A DNA stretch of 64,000 nucleotides, from the NCBI GenBank assembly GCA_965644295.1, contig CBFFRP010000335.1:1-64000 (forward strand), read 5' to 3'. Shown here piece by piece: positions 61,391 through 64,000 of this stretch. This DNA comes from Paraphysomonas bandaiensis. Lineage: Eukaryota > Protista > Chrysophyceae. Under the pieces are notes generated by a model. The model was not told the origin of the DNA. It saw only the letters and a list, made by a program, of their open reading frames with translations, and did no database searches. The translations under genes and the position numbers were made by a program. How positions within the stretch are numbered: position 1 is the first letter of the stretch; every line of letters begins with the position of its first letter.

Positions 61391-61620
61391 ACACCACATC
61401 TCACTATACACCACTATATACCATCTCACTATAGAACACTATACCATCTCACTATATATTCCATTATACCATCTCACTATACACCACTATATCATCTCAC
61501 TATATACTACTATACCATCTAACTATGCTAATATACCATCTCACTATACATCACTATATACCATCTCACTCTATACACCATTAAACCATCTCACTATATT
61601 ATACCACTGTACCACTACAC
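61391..61620. repeat. Minisatellite, ~10 copies of ~23-bp unit TATACCATCTCACTATACACCAC
   Basis: Direct observation of repeated CCATCTCACTAT cores. Confidence 0.92.
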
Positions 61621-62116
61621 TACGAAAAGGTGCGAGTCTTACTTTGTTGAGGGGTAACCATCCTTCAAATTTCAAAATGTCTGTTTTGGATACTAGAACC
61701 TATTAATAATTAATATTATTCTGTCTGGCAACACCACGAAAAGGTGCGAGTCCGACATTTTTGAAGGGGATCATATTAGATGCTGTATGTGCACATAATA
61801 TTTAATATTCCTATATATATTGAATACTGACCACCTCACAGCTAAGAATAATTTTGAGATACCATATTATTTAACCTCGATATTGTAGTTGAAACTATGG
61901 GATTGATCAAATCAAAAATAATTGTTTCTTCTATCACAAAGTTGAAATCTTAGTCACTCCTCGGAACAATGAAGTCATAGTAGTATGGCTAATCCTATGC
62001 AACATAGTTCAGGTGAGGCGGTGGGGCATTAAGCAAATTACTAATAGAGATATATATTCATGGACTGAAGTCTACCATATATAAGTAAGCCTTTAGGCTG
62101 TACTCTACACTATCTC

Positions 62117-62348
62117 TCCTAAAGTCAGCATATTTCAGGTTTATCTCCATTCTGCTTGCTCACTGCGTTTGCTTTGAGCGGTAGGGCGAAAGTGGTTGCA
62201 CCTTGGTGCTTGCGGCGACGTCAAAGCAGCTTTCGTAGCGTTAAATAGTAGGATATCAGAGTTTAACACTACTGGTTAGTTAAATTACGATGCTAACTTA
62301 GTTCTGACCCTTTCACGCCTACTGATAATATTAAGACATTCAGTACTA
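62117..62348 (+). mobile_element. Family X retroposon, 5'-truncated copy
   Basis: 3' ~230 bp of X. Candidate 10-bp TSD acactatctc (62107-62116) / acaccgtctc (62349-62358). Confidence 0.8.
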
Positions 62349-62740
62349 ACACCGTCTCCAGTATGTCTGAAAGAATTTCAGTGCAACGAAGGCCCTCATC
62401 AATGATGAATTCATCGATATTACGACCCTCAGGTTGAAATTTGTATTTAATCTAGAATGCGTTTTAGTTTTCTTGTCGAGGCACTTATCAGATACATGCG
62501 TAATACTGTTTTATAAAGTGTGAGGGGCTATACAACATATTCGAGAGATGGCTTTCAACAAAAATGCAGTGGCTCCCATCGTAACAGTAGAGACACAGAG
62601 TACAGATGAACCAAGACGATTGATACAATCCCTCGTTATTAAATTTCTACATAACAACCACTAAAGTACGTGAGATTGACGACAACAAATAGTAACTTCC
62701 ACAAAACATCATTTAAGTAGCACACATAGCAGACCCAACT

Positions 62741-64000
62741 CTACTTTACACCATCATACGGAGTAAGTCCATCCACATTTTCTACTGTATCATCAGCTCC
62801 GTTCTGTATGAGGTACTCTGCAATTAAGCCTTCCTTATCAAACGACATTGCAAAATGAAGAGCGGTGTTTCCATGGGCATTTTGGTGATTAATGCTTGCA
62901 CCCCTTGCACACAACATTTCAACCATTCTTCTGTTAGAGTTTTGAGCTGCGACAAGCAATAAAGTATTTCCTTTTGAGTCTTCTGTGTCAATTGGAAATC
63001 CTACAATTATATATTGTTAACAACCTGAAATGTTGAAAAATAACGACGCACCAAGATTCAAAGATTCTTCTAAACGCTTCAATCGACCATTACGAGCTTG
63101 ACTGAACACTGTGTCCAAGTCAGGAACCCCGACCATACCCCGTCTCTTCTCTGCCAATTCCTTTGATACAAGATCATTTTTCAGATTACTAAACAGTTTG
63201 CTTACAATACCTCATGCTCCACTTGCACCTTCTGGGCTACTTCTTGCTGCGTTAATGGTTTCAACTTTTCTCTTGACACTATAATTTTTCGAACGTGCAG
63301 TTTGTGTTCAACGCCCAATACTTGTACAAGATCTTCTTCTCGTAGCTCCATTAAAAACGGTCCATCGACAGTAGCTTCACGAAATGCTGCACAATATTGC
63401 CCTAATGATAGTGTCTCCATCCACTTACACACATCATCAACGCTCCACATCGCAATATTTGAAGGCAGCGGAGCTGATTTCGCATGTTTAACCTCGCGTT
63501 CGGCTTTCTCAGCAGCCTACGCATATATAACTACATACTACAGTGTATACCTCACTACTTACCGCAAGCTCTGCCTTCTTCTTTTGAATGTTTAATGATA
63601 CAAAATCATCGGCACCAATATCAAGTTTTTTCATGCTAGGGAGATTCGCCGCGGTTGCTGCCGCTGCAGCTGCAGCGGCAGCATCGGCAGATGACGCAAC
63701 TGCTGCTGATGTAGTATCTGAATTCATATCCCTCAGTTGTTTCAACATATTTAAGGAACTAAAGTAAGACAAGCTCATCGACATAAACTGAAATTTCATT
63801 AGTTCCTCCGTTTGAGAAAACATAGCTGTTGATCTCTTCTCGTGCTCTTTAGCCTTTTGAGCAGTAGCCGTTGCTGCAGCCGCAGTCGTAGCGGTTGCAG
63901 TTTCTAGCTCAATACCTTTCTCTCTCAAGTCGTCTAGCTCTTGCTTTTGTTCTAACAAAAGTTGCATCAAGTTTTTCTGGAGACGTTTAAATTCTCTATC
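62741..64000 (-). CDS. Coiled-coil + SAM + ankyrin-repeat protein; 5' part outside the window
   Basis: SAM WSVDDVCKWM..L.L.QY...F....VDG..L..L; ankyrin GNTLLLVAAQN and GNTALHFAM; short introns. Confidence 0.88.

Larger units (their letters stand above)
60631..61769 (-). mobile_element. Family X retroposon, composite copy with two 5' ends, a nested LTR and a minisatellite
   Basis: 11-bp TSD ataatattaga (60620-60630) / atcatattaga (61770-61780). Confidence 0.82.

Noticed and set aside
61391-61620. CRISPR array or T7-promoter (CTCACTATA) contamination
   Set aside because: No unique spacers and only a 9-bp coincidental match; it is an ordinary minisatellite.
62180-62250. tRNA-like A box (GCGAAAGTGGTT) suggesting a tRNA-derived SINE
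   Set aside because: It lies near the 3' end, with no B box or cloverleaf.

Overview
This is gene-dense eukaryotic nuclear DNA with short (mostly ~50-120 bp) GT-AG introns. It is probably from a flagellated stramenopile (inference from DNAAF2/kintoun, a Fused/STK36 kinase, a stramenopile-type hAT and ~40-aa helical-repeat proteins). It holds about 15 host genes, mostly in divergent pairs: a CCaMK-like kinase, STK36/TIO, VPS13, a PhyH-like dioxygenase, a DUF262 protein, CKS1, a secreted CHAP amidase, a UBC E2, a TPR-glycosyltransferase-methyltransferase, SYS1, a cPLA2/PLB-like lipase, DNAAF2, BRAP2, a helical-repeat protein and a SAM-ankyrin protein. Mobile DNA includes the 3' part of an intact copia element, three solo LTRs, hAT remnants and a MULE-type MITE. 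The main finding is a non-coding interspersed family ('family X', 8 loci) downstream of genes. It has 10-14 bp variable target-site duplications, 5' truncations and a sharp CCC 5' end. Its first ~90 nt fit the nested double pseudoknot of an HDV-like self-cleaving ribozyme, although P1 and P1.1 are imperfect. It looks like a ribozyme-headed non-autonomous retroposon analogous to trypanosomatid RIME/NARTc/SIDER2. All alignments and folds were done by eye; no database search was run.
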